This document shows positions 28,453-38,042 of a stretch of 64,000 bases of DNA, one piece after another. The notes beneath the pieces were generated by a model. The model saw only the letters and a program-made list of their open reading frames with translations. It ran no database searches and was not told the origin of the DNA. Origin of the DNA: an uncultured Chitinophagaceae bacterium (GTDB lineage: Bacteria; Bacteroidota; Bacteroidia; Chitinophagales; Chitinophagaceae). A program made the position numbers and the translations under genes. Position 1 is the first letter of the stretch; each line of letters starts with the position of its first letter. The DNA lies in the NCBI GenBank assembly GCA_964544695.1, contig CAZJDB010000154.1, positions 1,095 to 65,094 of the forward strand, given 5' to 3'.

Positions 28453-30933
28453 CTATTTTTCCAACTGTGTTTGCATACGCTTGACTCGGTCTTCTAACTT
28501 TTCGGAAGATAAATTTTCGCGCATACTGTCTACCTTGACGGGGAAACAGAAAGGCGTCAGTTGTGAGGGCCACGTCAACACGATCTTGCTCTCCGCGATG
28601 CGCTGTAGCGCCGCCCTGAGGCGCGCCTCCTCCATTTGCTGTTCCATCACCTCCTGGTACGCCTGCTTCAGCAGCAGGTTATCCGGATCGTATTCGGTAA
28701 AAACATTGAACAATAGACCGGCCGAAGATTGCAGGTGCCTGGCTTTTTTGTGTTCCCCGGGATACCCCTGGAAAATCAACCCCCCGATCACAGCGATGTC
28801 CCTGAATTTTCGCCTGGCCATCTCTACCGAATTCACACTTTTCTGGATGTCCGCGAAAAGGTTTTCCAGGGAAAACAACTCGTACACGTTACTGTCATCC
28901 ACGGGAATGGGCTGATCGCTCAGCAGCTCGAAACCGTAGTCGTTCATGGCGATGGAAAAGGTGATCGGGGTGATCCTGGAGATGCGGTAAGCCAACAGGG
29001 CGGACATGGCTTCGTGCACCAGCCGGCCCTCGAAGGGAAAGACGAAGAGGTGGAAGCCATCCTTGGTTTCGATCTGCTCGATCAGCAGCTCGTTTTCCCC
29101 AGGGATATGCGAAAGTTGGGCCTGCAACTCGAACAAGGGTTTCAGCGCATCGAGTTCCGGGGACGGCTCCGCCGGTTCCCCCGGCACCGTGCCCTGACCA
29201 TGTTCCCGCAGTCTTCGCGCAGCTTCATGGAACGTCCTGCGCAGCATGATCCCCAGATTGGCCGACAAAGGCATCCGCCCCCCGTTCCAGCTGGGCACGA
29301 TGGCCTTCTTGGCCTTGGATTTCCGCACCAGGGCGCTCATATCCTTGATCATCACGAATTCCAGGGTATGCCCCGCGAGGGTGAATACGTCTCCCGGACT
29401 CAGGCGTGAAATGAAATATTCCTCGATGACACCCACGTAACCCCCGCTCACGAAGCGCACGCGCAGCATGGCGTCGCTGACGATGGTGCCGATGTGCAGG
29501 CGGTGGCGCATCGCGATCCTCCTCGAAGTGATGCGGTACACCCCATCTTCTCCGATCGTCACCTTATTGAATTCGTCGTAACTCCTCAGGGCCTTTCCCC
29601 CTGTCGTCAGGGAGCTCAATAGTTGTTCCCATTCCTGTTTGGTCAGGTCCTTGAAACAGTGCGTGGATTTGACCTCCGGCCACAATTCTTCCGGTTTGAA
29701 ACCTTCTCCCACCGCAAGTGTGCCCAAATACTGCGTGAGCACATCATAACAAAGCATCATGGGATCGCGGCTCTCGATCAGGTTCTCTTTTACAGCCTGT
29801 TTCAACGCCGCAGCTTCCACCAATTCCAGCGAATGCGTGGGCAGGAAATAAATAAGGCTCGTAGCGCCCGGCTGATGCCCGCTGCGGCCTGCCCTTTGGA
29901 GAAAGCGCGCCACCCCTTTGGGCGATCCCACTTGCACGACCGTATCCACGGGACGAAAATCCACCCCCAGGTCCAGGCTGGCCGTCGTGACCACGGCCTT
30001 TAGCTTCCCAGTATGCAGCGACGCCTCAACCCAGTTCCGCAACTCCTGCTCGATACTTCCGTGGTGAAGGGCCAGGACCCCGGCCAGGTCCGGGTTCGCT
30101 TCCAGGAGGACCTGGTACCAGCGCTCACTCATCCCCCGCGTGTTGATAAAGATCAGGGTAGTGCCGCTGCCCTCGATGATGGGGAGCACCTTATCCACCA
30201 TGCGGATGCCCAGGTGGCCCGCCCAGGGATATTTTTCGATTTCATCGGGGATGACGCTGATGATTTCCACCGCCTTAGGCAGGTTCGATCGGACCATCAC
30301 CCCCGGCGTGCCCGCCAGCAAGACCTCCCGGGCCTCTTCCAGGTTGCCGATGGTCGCGCTGATGCCCCAGACTTGCGGTTTCGATATCCCCCGCAACCGC
30401 GACAACGCCAGCTCCACGAGCACCCCCCTTTTGCTGCCCATCAATTCATGCCACTCATCCACCGCTACGATTTGCAGGGAACGAAATATCTCCGGATAAC
30501 CCTTTTGACTCAATAAAATATGAAGACTCTCGGGCGTGATCACGAGTATCTCCGGCAACCGCCTTTTCTGCCGCGCGCGTTCCGCAGGATCCGTATCCCC
30601 GTTGCGGATGCCCACCTTCCATGGGATATCCAATTCTTCCAGCGCCTCCTGCATCGCCCGGGCGATGTCGGCGGCAAGCGCGCGTAGTGGTGAAATCCAC
30701 AGCAATTGCAGGTTCCCGGGCGCTTTGCCCTTCGGATGGTCGTGCAAATACTTTATCAGCGCCCCGATAAACACCGAATACGTTTTCCCATACCCCGTCG
30801 GCGCGTTTACCAACCCCGAGCGTCCCTCCAGGATGTGTTCCCACGTTTCTTCCTGAAAAGCAAAGGGCTTCCTCCCTGCGGCTGTGAGCCAGTCGAGGAT
30901 GAGGCGATACCCGGGTGAATCTTTCAATGACAT
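28453..30933 (-). CDS. Ligase-associated DEXH-box helicase (Lhr-like)
   Basis: APTGYGKT, VDEWHEL, SATIGN, HHGS, LDLGVD, QRAGRSGH. Confidence 0.94.
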   Translation of the reverse strand: MSLKDSPGYRLILDWLTAAGRKPFAFQEETWEHILEGRSGLVNAPTGYGKTYSVFIGALIKYLHDHPKGKAPGNLQLLWISPLRALAADIARAMQEALEELDIPWKVGIRNGDTDPAERARQKRRLPEILVITPESLHILLSQKGYPEIFRSLQIVAVDEWHELMGSKRGVLVELALSRLRGISKPQVWGISATIGNLEEAREVLLAGTPGVMVRSNLPKAVEIISVIPDEIEKYPWAGHLGIRMVDKVLPIIEGSGTTLIFINTRGMSERWYQVLLEANPDLAGVLALHHGSIEQELRNWVEASLHTGKLKAVVTTASLDLGVDFRPVDTVVQVGSPKGVARFLQRAGRSGHQPGATSLIYFLPTHSLELVEAAALKQAVKENLIESRDPMMLCYDVLTQYLGTLAVGEGFKPEELWPEVKSTHCFKDLTKQEWEQLLSSLTTGGKALRSYDEFNKVTIGEDGVYRITSRRIAMRHRLHIGTIVSDAMLRVRFVSGGYVGVIEEYFISRLSPGDVFTLAGHTLEFVMIKDMSALVRKSKAKKAIVPSWNGGRMPLSANLGIMLRRTFHEAARRLREHGQGTVPGEPAEPSPELDALKPLFELQAQLSHIPGENELLIEQIETKDGFHLFVFPFEGRLVHEAMSALLAYRISRITPITFSIAMNDYGFELLSDQPIPVDDSNVYELFSLENLFADIQKSVNSVEMARRKFRDIAVIGGLIFQGYPGEHKKARHLQSSAGLLFNVFTEYDPDNLLLKQAYQEVMEQQMEEARLRAALQRIAESKIVLTWPSQLTPFCFPVKVDSMRENLSSEKLEDRVKRMQTQLEK

Positions 30934-31068
30934 CGGACGGCAAAGGTACGATCACTATTTGTTAATGTTGTTTCGATATTGCGACCGTTAGTTCCTATGT
31001 GTCACTATATCAATGTTTTATGCTCAAATTTAACACAGAGACGTCATTAATAATTGTAGATTTGCTTC

Positions 31069-31728
31069 ATGACAAGAGAGCATAGTTATTCGATTGCGTG
31101 GCTGGACAGGCTTATTAATAAAAGCATTGCGGTTGTCTTTTATAATCGGCTCAATTTTGTTTTTCTGGCCGTGATAGTGCTTGCAACGTATGGTTGGCAT
31201 GTTTACAATACTACTGGAAAGGAGGATGGACTAAAAAACTTATGCTTTATCCTTACGGCGGGATCGATCATAATCGGAATTTTTTATAGCATTCTGAATT
31301 ATGAGCACAACCACAGGAAATCAAAAGATGACGCTAATTTTTCCAAGTTGCTAGCATCTTTCAATGTATCCTGCGAATGGTCCAAGCCTACGATGGTTGA
31401 AAATTTAAAGATTACAAAAAAACTACACAACCAGCATAAGCACCTTTGTGATGAGAATAGAGCGAAAGACTTCTTTGAAATTCTAGAGAAGGATGAAGAG
31501 GCGAGGTCCGCACTTGTTTCAATATTGAATTACTTAGAACTCCTGGCGGTTGGTATAGAAGAAGGTATTTTAGATGAAACAATGATCAAAAAGTACTTTA
31601 AAACAATGTTTTACAGATATTTAAGCAACTACGGTTTCTATATTGATTATCGGCGGAAAATTTACAATAACCCGACAGCCTGGGAATATTTTACAGCTAT
31701 GGCAACCAAATGGAATAAATCGAATTAA
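31069..31728 (+). CDS. DUF4760-like membrane protein (2 TM + soluble helical domain)
   Basis: ARSALVSILNYLELLAVGIEEGILDETMIKKYF resembles the DUF4760 signature; ends AWEYF..MATKW. Confidence 0.75.
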   Translation: MTREHSYSIAWLDRLINKSIAVVFYNRLNFVFLAVIVLATYGWHVYNTTGKEDGLKNLCFILTAGSIIIGIFYSILNYEHNHRKSKDDANFSKLLASFNVSCEWSKPTMVENLKITKKLHNQHKHLCDENRAKDFFEILEKDEEARSALVSILNYLELLAVGIEEGILDETMIKKYFKTMFYRYLSNYGFYIDYRRKIYNNPTAWEYFTAMATKWNKSN

Positions 31729-31781
31729 CTTTAACTTGGAAAATCTTTTTATATATTTGTTCTAATAAATATCATATACAT

Positions 31782-31820
31782 ATGTGTAGTGAACTAATAA
31801 AAGACGCAAGCGATTGGTAA
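31782..31820 (+). CDS. Candidate 12-aa micro-ORF MCSELIKDASDW
   Basis: ATG..TAA between a perfect TATATTTG box (31752-31759) and a plus-strand terminator. Confidence 0.45.
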   Translation: MCSELIKDASDW

Positions 31821-31827
31821 ATTTTTG

Positions 31828-31852
31828 AGGGCCTGTTTCGGGTCCTTTTTTA
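31828..31852 (+). terminator. Intrinsic terminator closing the cassette
   Basis: AGGGCCTG-TTT-CGGGTCCT then a T-run; G:U pairs form only on the plus strand. Confidence 0.7.
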
Positions 31853-33463
31853 TTTATTGTCCTTCGCAGACCCATATTGTCTAAGTAACGCACGGAGGTC
31901 CTCCAACGTATTGATCTCTCCCACCGGCTTATCCTTCCTCCAGCGGAGGATCCGCGGAAACCGCAACGCCACCCCTGACTTATGCCGGTTACTCGCCGCA
32001 ATACCCTCGAAACCGATTTCAAAGACGAGCTCAGGAGGCACCGTTCGGACCGGACCGAATTTTTCCTGGGCATTTTTCTTGACCCAGGCATCCACGGAAG
32101 CAATCTCCGCATCGGTAAGGCCGGAATAGGCTTTGGTGAAGGTGACCAGTTGATCGCCGTCCCGGACCGCGAAAGTATAATCCGTATACAGGTTGCTCCG
32201 CCGGCCATGGCCTTTCATGGCATACACCATGACGGCGTCGATGGTAAGAGGATCGATTTTCCACTTCCACCAGTCCCCGCGCCGACGTCCGGCCTGGTAA
32301 GTTGATTGCTTGTGCTTGAGCATAATTCCCTCGGCGTGCTCGGCGCGCGAATGGGACCGAAGTGCGGCCAGGTCTTCCCAGGAATGGAAGTCGATGACGG
32401 GAGAAAGGCGCAAGGCGGGATGATTGACCCCGGATACAATATCTTCAAGCAATGCGCGGCGCCGCTCCATGGGTTTTACACGCAGGTCTTCGCCATGGTA
32501 TTCGAGGAGGTCGTATGCCACGAAAACGACGGGCGCTTCCTGGAGTTGCTTCTTGGTAACGTTCTTCCGACCGATGCGTGTTTGAAGGCTGGAAAAGGGT
32601 AGGGGGTGCCCCCCCTCGAAGGCCAGGATCTCCCCGTCAAGCACGGTGGAAGGTGGAAGTTTGCCGAGTAAGGGCTCATACTCGGGGAACTTTCCGTTCA
32701 GCAGTTCTTCTCCCCGGCTCCACACGAAGAGTTGGTCACCCCGGTGTATGAGCTGACCCCGGATTCCATCCCATTTCCATTCCGCCTGCCAGTCTTCGGG
32801 ATTGCCCAGGGCGTCCGGGGGCCCCTCCAGGGCATAGGCCAGGTAAAAGGGGTAGGGTTTGGACACGTCTTCCCGCGCCGCGCTTTCATGGACCAGTTCA
32901 TCCCAGGACGTGCTCGAAGGATCCCAGTTTCCACTGATCAGGTGCAACAGTTTGTCGGGCTCCGATTCCAGGGAGGCCGCCAGGGCGTTGACCATGAGGC
33001 GTTGGGAAACCCCGATCCGGAAGCCTCCCGTGATGAGCTTGTTGAATACGAAGCGTTCCTCGCGGTTGAAGACCCTCCAGGCGTCCAGGACGAAGGCCTT
33101 TTTTTCGGCATCCGCGGCCGTCTGAAGGGAAGCCAGCTTTTCGATATAGGAGAACAAAGGTTGGGAACCGCTGTCCGCCGGAGGAGGATCGGGGATCAGG
33201 AGGGCTATCGTTTCGGCCAGGTCTCCTACCGTGTGGTAACATTCGGTGAAGAGCCAGGTGGGCAGGCGCAGCCACTCGCAACACCATTCGATCAGCAATC
33301 CTGACGAGATTGCCCGCCGGGGCCTCCGGCCGCTGAACAGGGCAATGACCCATACCTTGTCCTTATCCCCCGCCGTTCGGAAATAGCGCGAAAGGGCATC
33401 CAGCTTATCGTTGGTTTTCGTGGCGCTGCCAAGCTCGGTGACCAGGGTGGCGAACAAACGCAT
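31850..33463 (-). CDS. ATP-dependent DNA ligase
   Basis: EWKWDGIRGQ adenylation motif, LDGEI, EGIMLK, WWKWK, LRFPRI. Confidence 0.95.
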   Translation of the reverse strand: MRLFATLVTELGSATKTNDKLDALSRYFRTAGDKDKVWVIALFSGRRPRRAISSGLLIEWCCEWLRLPTWLFTECYHTVGDLAETIALLIPDPPPADSGSQPLFSYIEKLASLQTAADAEKKAFVLDAWRVFNREERFVFNKLITGGFRIGVSQRLMVNALAASLESEPDKLLHLISGNWDPSSTSWDELVHESAAREDVSKPYPFYLAYALEGPPDALGNPEDWQAEWKWDGIRGQLIHRGDQLFVWSRGEELLNGKFPEYEPLLGKLPPSTVLDGEILAFEGGHPLPFSSLQTRIGRKNVTKKQLQEAPVVFVAYDLLEYHGEDLRVKPMERRRALLEDIVSGVNHPALRLSPVIDFHSWEDLAALRSHSRAEHAEGIMLKHKQSTYQAGRRRGDWWKWKIDPLTIDAVMVYAMKGHGRRSNLYTDYTFAVRDGDQLVTFTKAYSGLTDAEIASVDAWVKKNAQEKFGPVRTVPPELVFEIGFEGIAASNRHKSGVALRFPRILRWRKDKPVGEINTLEDLRALLRQYGSAKDNK

Positions 33464-33466
33464 GGC

Positions 33467-34522
33467 TCAGGTGGTTGTGGGGGTTTCGTCGATCGCGGGG
33501 GCGCCCCCGGCCGCGTCCGGCGCCGCGAGGGCCTCGTCTTCGTCTCCAAATGCCGTCCTCACTTCCGAGGCTTCGAGGCCCTCCATCTCCGTTAGGTACC
33601 TGCTGAAAGCCGCCTGGAACCCGTGCGTCACCAGCACCCGCTGTGCCCCCGTCGCCTTCACCACCGTGAGAAGCCCTGCCCAATCCGCGTGATCGCTCAG
33701 GGCAAACCCGGCATCCGCATTCCGGCGCCGGACATTCCCCCGGACCTGCATCCAACCGCTGCACACGCCGAGGGAGTAGGGGAGGAAGCGTTTGAGCCAG
33801 GGAGAATCATCCGCCGACGGCGGGGCGATGACAATCTGCCCCAAATAAGCCGAACGCGGCATATCGGGGGTGACCAGTTGAACGGAGGGAAAGTCCCAGC
33901 CCACGGCCCTGAGCGCCTCCTGGACATTCCATACGGCGCCGTGAACGAAAATGGGAATTCCCAGGCCCCCCAGTTGCCGGATGAGGCGTTGGGCCTTCCC
34001 AAGGCTATATGCGAATAAAACCGAAGTCAGCCCCGCCGAGCGATTTGAATGAATCCACCGTTCCATGTCCGCGAATATAGAAGCCTGGGGCTTCCAGCGA
34101 TAAATGGGCAAACCGAAGGTCGATTCGGTGATGAAGCAGTGGCAGGGCACGACCTCGAAAGCCCCCGAAAGGCCGTCGTCCTCGGTTTTGTAATCCCCGC
34201 TGGCGACCCACACCTCGCCGTTCAGAGACACCCTTACCTGGGACGACCCGATGATATGCCCCGCGGGAAACAGAGTAAGGGTAACCCCACCCAAAATCAG
34301 TGGCTCATTCCAGGCCAGAGACTGGATAGAAATATCCGCGTCCAGACGTAGCCGCAACATTGGTACGGAATCCGTATGACATAGGTAAGCCCCATGACCC
34401 GGTCGCGCATGGTCGCTGTGGGCGTGTGTAATGACGGCCCTGGGCACGGGCTTCCAGGGGTCGATGTAAAAATCGCCCCCGGGGCAATACAGGCCCTGCT
34501 CCCTGAGTTCGATGACGGGCAT
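33467..34522 (-). CDS. Ligase-associated DNA damage response exonuclease (MBL/beta-CASP-like)
   Basis: THAHSDH, AGHIIGS, SGDYK, TESTFGLP, LSDHADW, VTHG. Confidence 0.92.
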   Translation of the reverse strand: MPVIELREQGLYCPGGDFYIDPWKPVPRAVITHAHSDHARPGHGAYLCHTDSVPMLRLRLDADISIQSLAWNEPLILGGVTLTLFPAGHIIGSSQVRVSLNGEVWVASGDYKTEDDGLSGAFEVVPCHCFITESTFGLPIYRWKPQASIFADMERWIHSNRSAGLTSVLFAYSLGKAQRLIRQLGGLGIPIFVHGAVWNVQEALRAVGWDFPSVQLVTPDMPRSAYLGQIVIAPPSADDSPWLKRFLPYSLGVCSGWMQVRGNVRRRNADAGFALSDHADWAGLLTVVKATGAQRVLVTHGFQAAFSRYLTEMEGLEASEVRTAFGDEDEALAAPDAAGGAPAIDETPTTT

Positions 34523-34531
34523 GGTTTGAAG

Positions 34532-35689
34532 TTACTGTAAGCGGGTGACAAACCCGTTCTGCAACCTCAGGACATAGAGGAATTTGTTTTCGAAGTAATC
34601 CGGAACCTGGGAAGCGGAACCCGCGAAAACGGGTTTGATGTCCAGGGGCGTATAGGTCTGGAAGCCCTTGTCATCCAGGTGGGACATCAGGCCTTCATGG
34701 TATTTCAGCAGCAAATTGACAAAGTAATAAACGCTCTCATAACCCCGGAAGGCCATGTCCCCGGGATGCGTATGGGAAAGGTTGATGAACTTCTGGGGCA
34801 TGCTCAGGGGGGCCAGGTTGCTGTCCGTTTGCGGTGCCATAAAAGAAGTGGTGACCAGGAAAGGCATTTGCCTAAGTTCGGGGGTTTGAAGGGCCCTCAT
34901 TCCCTCCCAGGTGGGCATGCCGATGAGGCTCATGGGGTAGGAATCCGCAAGTCCCACACAGGCCCTGACCAGGCTGACCGCGAAGGACTCATCCAGGCTC
35001 CCGCAGAGGATGACGGTGTAGCGGTTGCTGTCCATGTATTGCTGAAGCAAGGGGGCCGTTACGGTATCCCCCGTAAGGATGGTTTGAATGGGCAACAAAG
35101 CCGAATCTTTACCAGCAGTCGCGTTGAGCCGTTTGAAGTATCCCTCCAGCATGTCCTCCATGGATCCGGGTTTCCGTACATAGAGGATCCGATGGGTGGG
35201 ATGATTCTGGAGCACGAAATGGTAGATCGCCTGGCAGTGGGTATAGATGGTGGGATTGAGGATGACGGTAAAGGGATTGGAGCTGATGCCCCCTTCGTTG
35301 GGAAAAGTGGCCGATACGAAGGGGATATTGTGTTCTTTGGCAAAGGCTGCCAGGGCCTGGTAGTCGCTCCCGCTGGCACTCCCGACGATCAATTGTACGG
35401 AGTCCAGTTGATGCTCCGCTAAAAGACGCGAAAGGTTCCGCGCGTCATACAGGGTGTAATGGATGGTATCTCCCCGGGCTTGCAACGTATCCAGGGCCAG
35501 GCGGGCCCCTTCAGCGAATTCCAGGCCGGGAAAGGTCGCGAAGGGCGCGCTTTTCCCCAATTTATAATTACCGCTCGCGTCATAGGCGGAATCCAGGTAC
35601 AGGGGAGCGAGCACGGCGATGCGACAGGTCTGGGCCCTGGCCGCCAGCGTAGCACCGAGCAGGGCGAGGACGAGGATAAAACGGTTCAT
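34532..35689 (-). CDS. Periplasmic binding protein type-1-like exported protein
   Basis: Signal peptide; RIAVLAPLYLD, EFAEGARLALDTL, AFRGYE; lies downstream of guaA. Confidence 0.7.
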   Translation of the reverse strand: MNRFILVLALLGATLAARAQTCRIAVLAPLYLDSAYDASGNYKLGKSAPFATFPGLEFAEGARLALDTLQARGDTIHYTLYDARNLSRLLAEHQLDSVQLIVGSASGSDYQALAAFAKEHNIPFVSATFPNEGGISSNPFTVILNPTIYTHCQAIYHFVLQNHPTHRILYVRKPGSMEDMLEGYFKRLNATAGKDSALLPIQTILTGDTVTAPLLQQYMDSNRYTVILCGSLDESFAVSLVRACVGLADSYPMSLIGMPTWEGMRALQTPELRQMPFLVTTSFMAPQTDSNLAPLSMPQKFINLSHTHPGDMAFRGYESVYYFVNLLLKYHEGLMSHLDDKGFQTYTPLDIKPVFAGSASQVPDYFENKFLYVLRLQNGFVTRLQ

Positions 35690-35715
35690 ATATAAATTTT
35701 GCGCTGACGGCGCGA

Positions 35716-37257
35716 CTATTCCCATTCGATGGTAGCGGGAGGCTTCGAGCTGATATCGTACACCACGCGGTTGATGCCCGGCACCTGGTTGATAATGTCG
35801 CTCGACATTTTCGCCAGGAACTCGTAAGGCAGGTGCGCCCAATCGGCGGTCATCCCGTCGACGGAGGTCACCGCCCTGAGGGCCACGGTGAACTCGTAGG
35901 TCCTTTCATCTCCCATGACGCCCACGCTTTTCACGGGAAGGAGGATGGCGCCGGCCTGCCATACGCTGTCGTAGAGGCCGCTTTCTTTCAGCCCTGCCGT
36001 ATAGACCGCATCTGCTTCCTGCAATAACCGTACCTTATCTTCCGTGACTTCCCCCAGGATGCGGATGGCGAGCCCCGGTCCGGGGAAAGGATGGCGGAAT
36101 AGGAGATCTTTTGGGATACCCAGTTCCAATCCCACTTTGCGGACCTCGTCCTTGAACAGGAAGCGCAGGGGTTCCACCAGTTCCAGGTGCATTCTTTCGG
36201 GCAGGCCGCCCACGTTGTGGTGCGATTTGATGGTCATGGAGGGACCGTGAACCGACACCGATTCGATCACATCGGGATAAATGGTGCCCTGGCCCAGGAG
36301 TCCTATACCGGGTACGAGTTTGGCTTCGTCTTCGAATACTTCTATGAAAAGGCCCCCGATGATCTTGCGCTTTTCTTCGGGATTGACCTTACCGGCGAGG
36401 TTGGTATAGAAACGGTTTTTGGCATCCACGCCCTTTACGTTCAGGCCGAGGCGTCCATACGTTTCCAAAACCTGTGAAAATTCATTTTTGCGAAGGACAC
36501 CGTTATCCACGAAGATGCCGTAAAGGTTGTCCCCGATCGCTTGGTGGATGAGGGTGGCCGCCACCGTGGAATCCACGCCCCCGCTCAGGGCCATGATGAC
36601 CTTCCGGTCCCCGATCTGGGCGCGTAGCTTGGCCACGGTTTCCTGGACAAAGGCCGCGGGCGTCCAGTCCCCGTGACAACCGCACACCCCGAACAGGAAA
36701 TTTTTCAATACTTTTTTTCCTTCCACCGAATGGTACACTTCCGGGTGGAATTGGATCCCGTAGAGGGGATGGGGGGTATCTATGGCTTTGAAGGCAGCTA
36801 CGGGTATTGTATCCGTGGTAGCCAGCAGTTCGAAACCGGGAGGTAGGTCCAGAATGGTATCCGCGTGGCTCATCCATACCTGGGAGGAAGGAGATACTTC
36901 TTTGAGGAGGGTATCTTCCGGATGGGCTGTATTGGCAAGGACAGCCCGCCCGTACTCCCGTTTGTCCGATTTGGCCACCCGGCCTCCGAAGCGCTTGGCG
37001 GTGAGCTGGGCCCCGTAGCAGATGCCCAGGAGGGGCTTTTCGCGTACGATTCCGGCTACATCGACGTCGGGGCTACCCTTATCATTGACGGAAAAGGGGC
37101 TCCCGGAGAGGATGACGCCCTTTATCGCGGGGTCGTTCGCCGGGACGCCCTGGCTGAAGGGGACGATTTCGCAGTACACGTGGAATTCACGAACAGCCCT
37201 GGCGATAAGTTGAGTGTATTGGGAACCAAAATCAAGAATCAGGATCTTTTCGGTCAT
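35716..37257 (-). CDS. guaA: GMP synthase (glutamine-hydrolysing)
   Basis: [49 protein letters not shown]. Confidence 0.98.
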   Translation of the reverse strand: MTEKILILDFGSQYTQLIARAVREFHVYCEIVPFSQGVPANDPAIKGVILSGSPFSVNDKGSPDVDVAGIVREKPLLGICYGAQLTAKRFGGRVAKSDKREYGRAVLANTAHPEDTLLKEVSPSSQVWMSHADTILDLPPGFELLATTDTIPVAAFKAIDTPHPLYGIQFHPEVYHSVEGKKVLKNFLFGVCGCHGDWTPAAFVQETVAKLRAQIGDRKVIMALSGGVDSTVAATLIHQAIGDNLYGIFVDNGVLRKNEFSQVLETYGRLGLNVKGVDAKNRFYTNLAGKVNPEEKRKIIGGLFIEVFEDEAKLVPGIGLLGQGTIYPDVIESVSVHGPSMTIKSHHNVGGLPERMHLELVEPLRFLFKDEVRKVGLELGIPKDLLFRHPFPGPGLAIRILGEVTEDKVRLLQEADAVYTAGLKESGLYDSVWQAGAILLPVKSVGVMGDERTYEFTVALRAVTSVDGMTADWAHLPYEFLAKMSSDIINQVPGINRVVYDISSKPPATIEWE

Positions 37258-37308
37258 CGTGGTGCAAAAGTAGGCCGATTTTTTCGATCTTTAACCAAAC
37301 TCACTCTT

Positions 37309-38028
37309 ATGCGCGTTTCATCCCTCCTGATTTTCATGGTGTTTGCTTTGACTGCCTGCCGCTTTGGCCCCTTCCACGTCGTCAACGGGAACGGGGACGT
37401 CGTTTCCCAGGACCGCCAGGTCGGCAAATTCAAATCGGTAGACGCCCGCGGATTCATGAACGTGTATTTGAGCCAGGGGGACGAAATCAAGGTTCGCCTG
37501 GAAGGAGAAAGCAACATCCTGCCTTATATCGATACCCGCGTGGAAGGAGACAGGCTAATCGTGGGAACCTTACACGAGGTTAGCCTGAACTCGACCCATG
37601 ATTTGAACGTCTACATTACCGCTCCCGAATTGGATAAGATATCCCTGGGCGGATCCGGAAGTATCATCGGCAAAACCACCCTGACCAGCGAAAATGCCAT
37701 GACCTTCGACCTGGGCGGAAGCGGAGATGTCCGCGTAGATGTGAATGCCCCCCAGGTACACACGAGCATGGCCGGATCGGGAAAGCTGACCATCAGCGGA
37801 CAAACCAAGGAACTCAAGGTGGACATGGCAGGCAGTTGCGCCTTCTCCGGGGACAGCCTGAAATCCGAGGAGGCCAAAATCACCATCATGGGCAGCGGGG
37901 ACGCCAATGTATTCGCCAGTGTCAAACTCGATGTTACCGTAGCCGGCAGCGGGGACGTAAATTATTGGGGTAACCCCACGGTGACCAGCCACATGGCCGG
38001 CTCCGGAACACTCACCAAAAAGGATTAG
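37309..38028 (+). CDS. DUF2807/head GIN domain lipoprotein
   Basis: Lipobox LTAC; NGNGDVV; repeated GSG beta-helix units. Confidence 0.85.
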   Translation: MRVSSLLIFMVFALTACRFGPFHVVNGNGDVVSQDRQVGKFKSVDARGFMNVYLSQGDEIKVRLEGESNILPYIDTRVEGDRLIVGTLHEVSLNSTHDLNVYITAPELDKISLGGSGSIIGKTTLTSENAMTFDLGGSGDVRVDVNAPQVHTSMAGSGKLTISGQTKELKVDMAGSCAFSGDSLKSEEAKITIMGSGDANVFASVKLDVTVAGSGDVNYWGNPTVTSHMAGSGTLTKKD

Positions 38029-38042
38029 CCGTTCCGGCTCAC

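Larger units (their letters stand above)
30957..31852. other. AT-rich inserted cassette within the DNA-repair cluster
   Basis: Abrupt drop in GC relative to both flanks; genes on the opposite strand to the operon; boundaries approximate. Confidence 0.75.
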
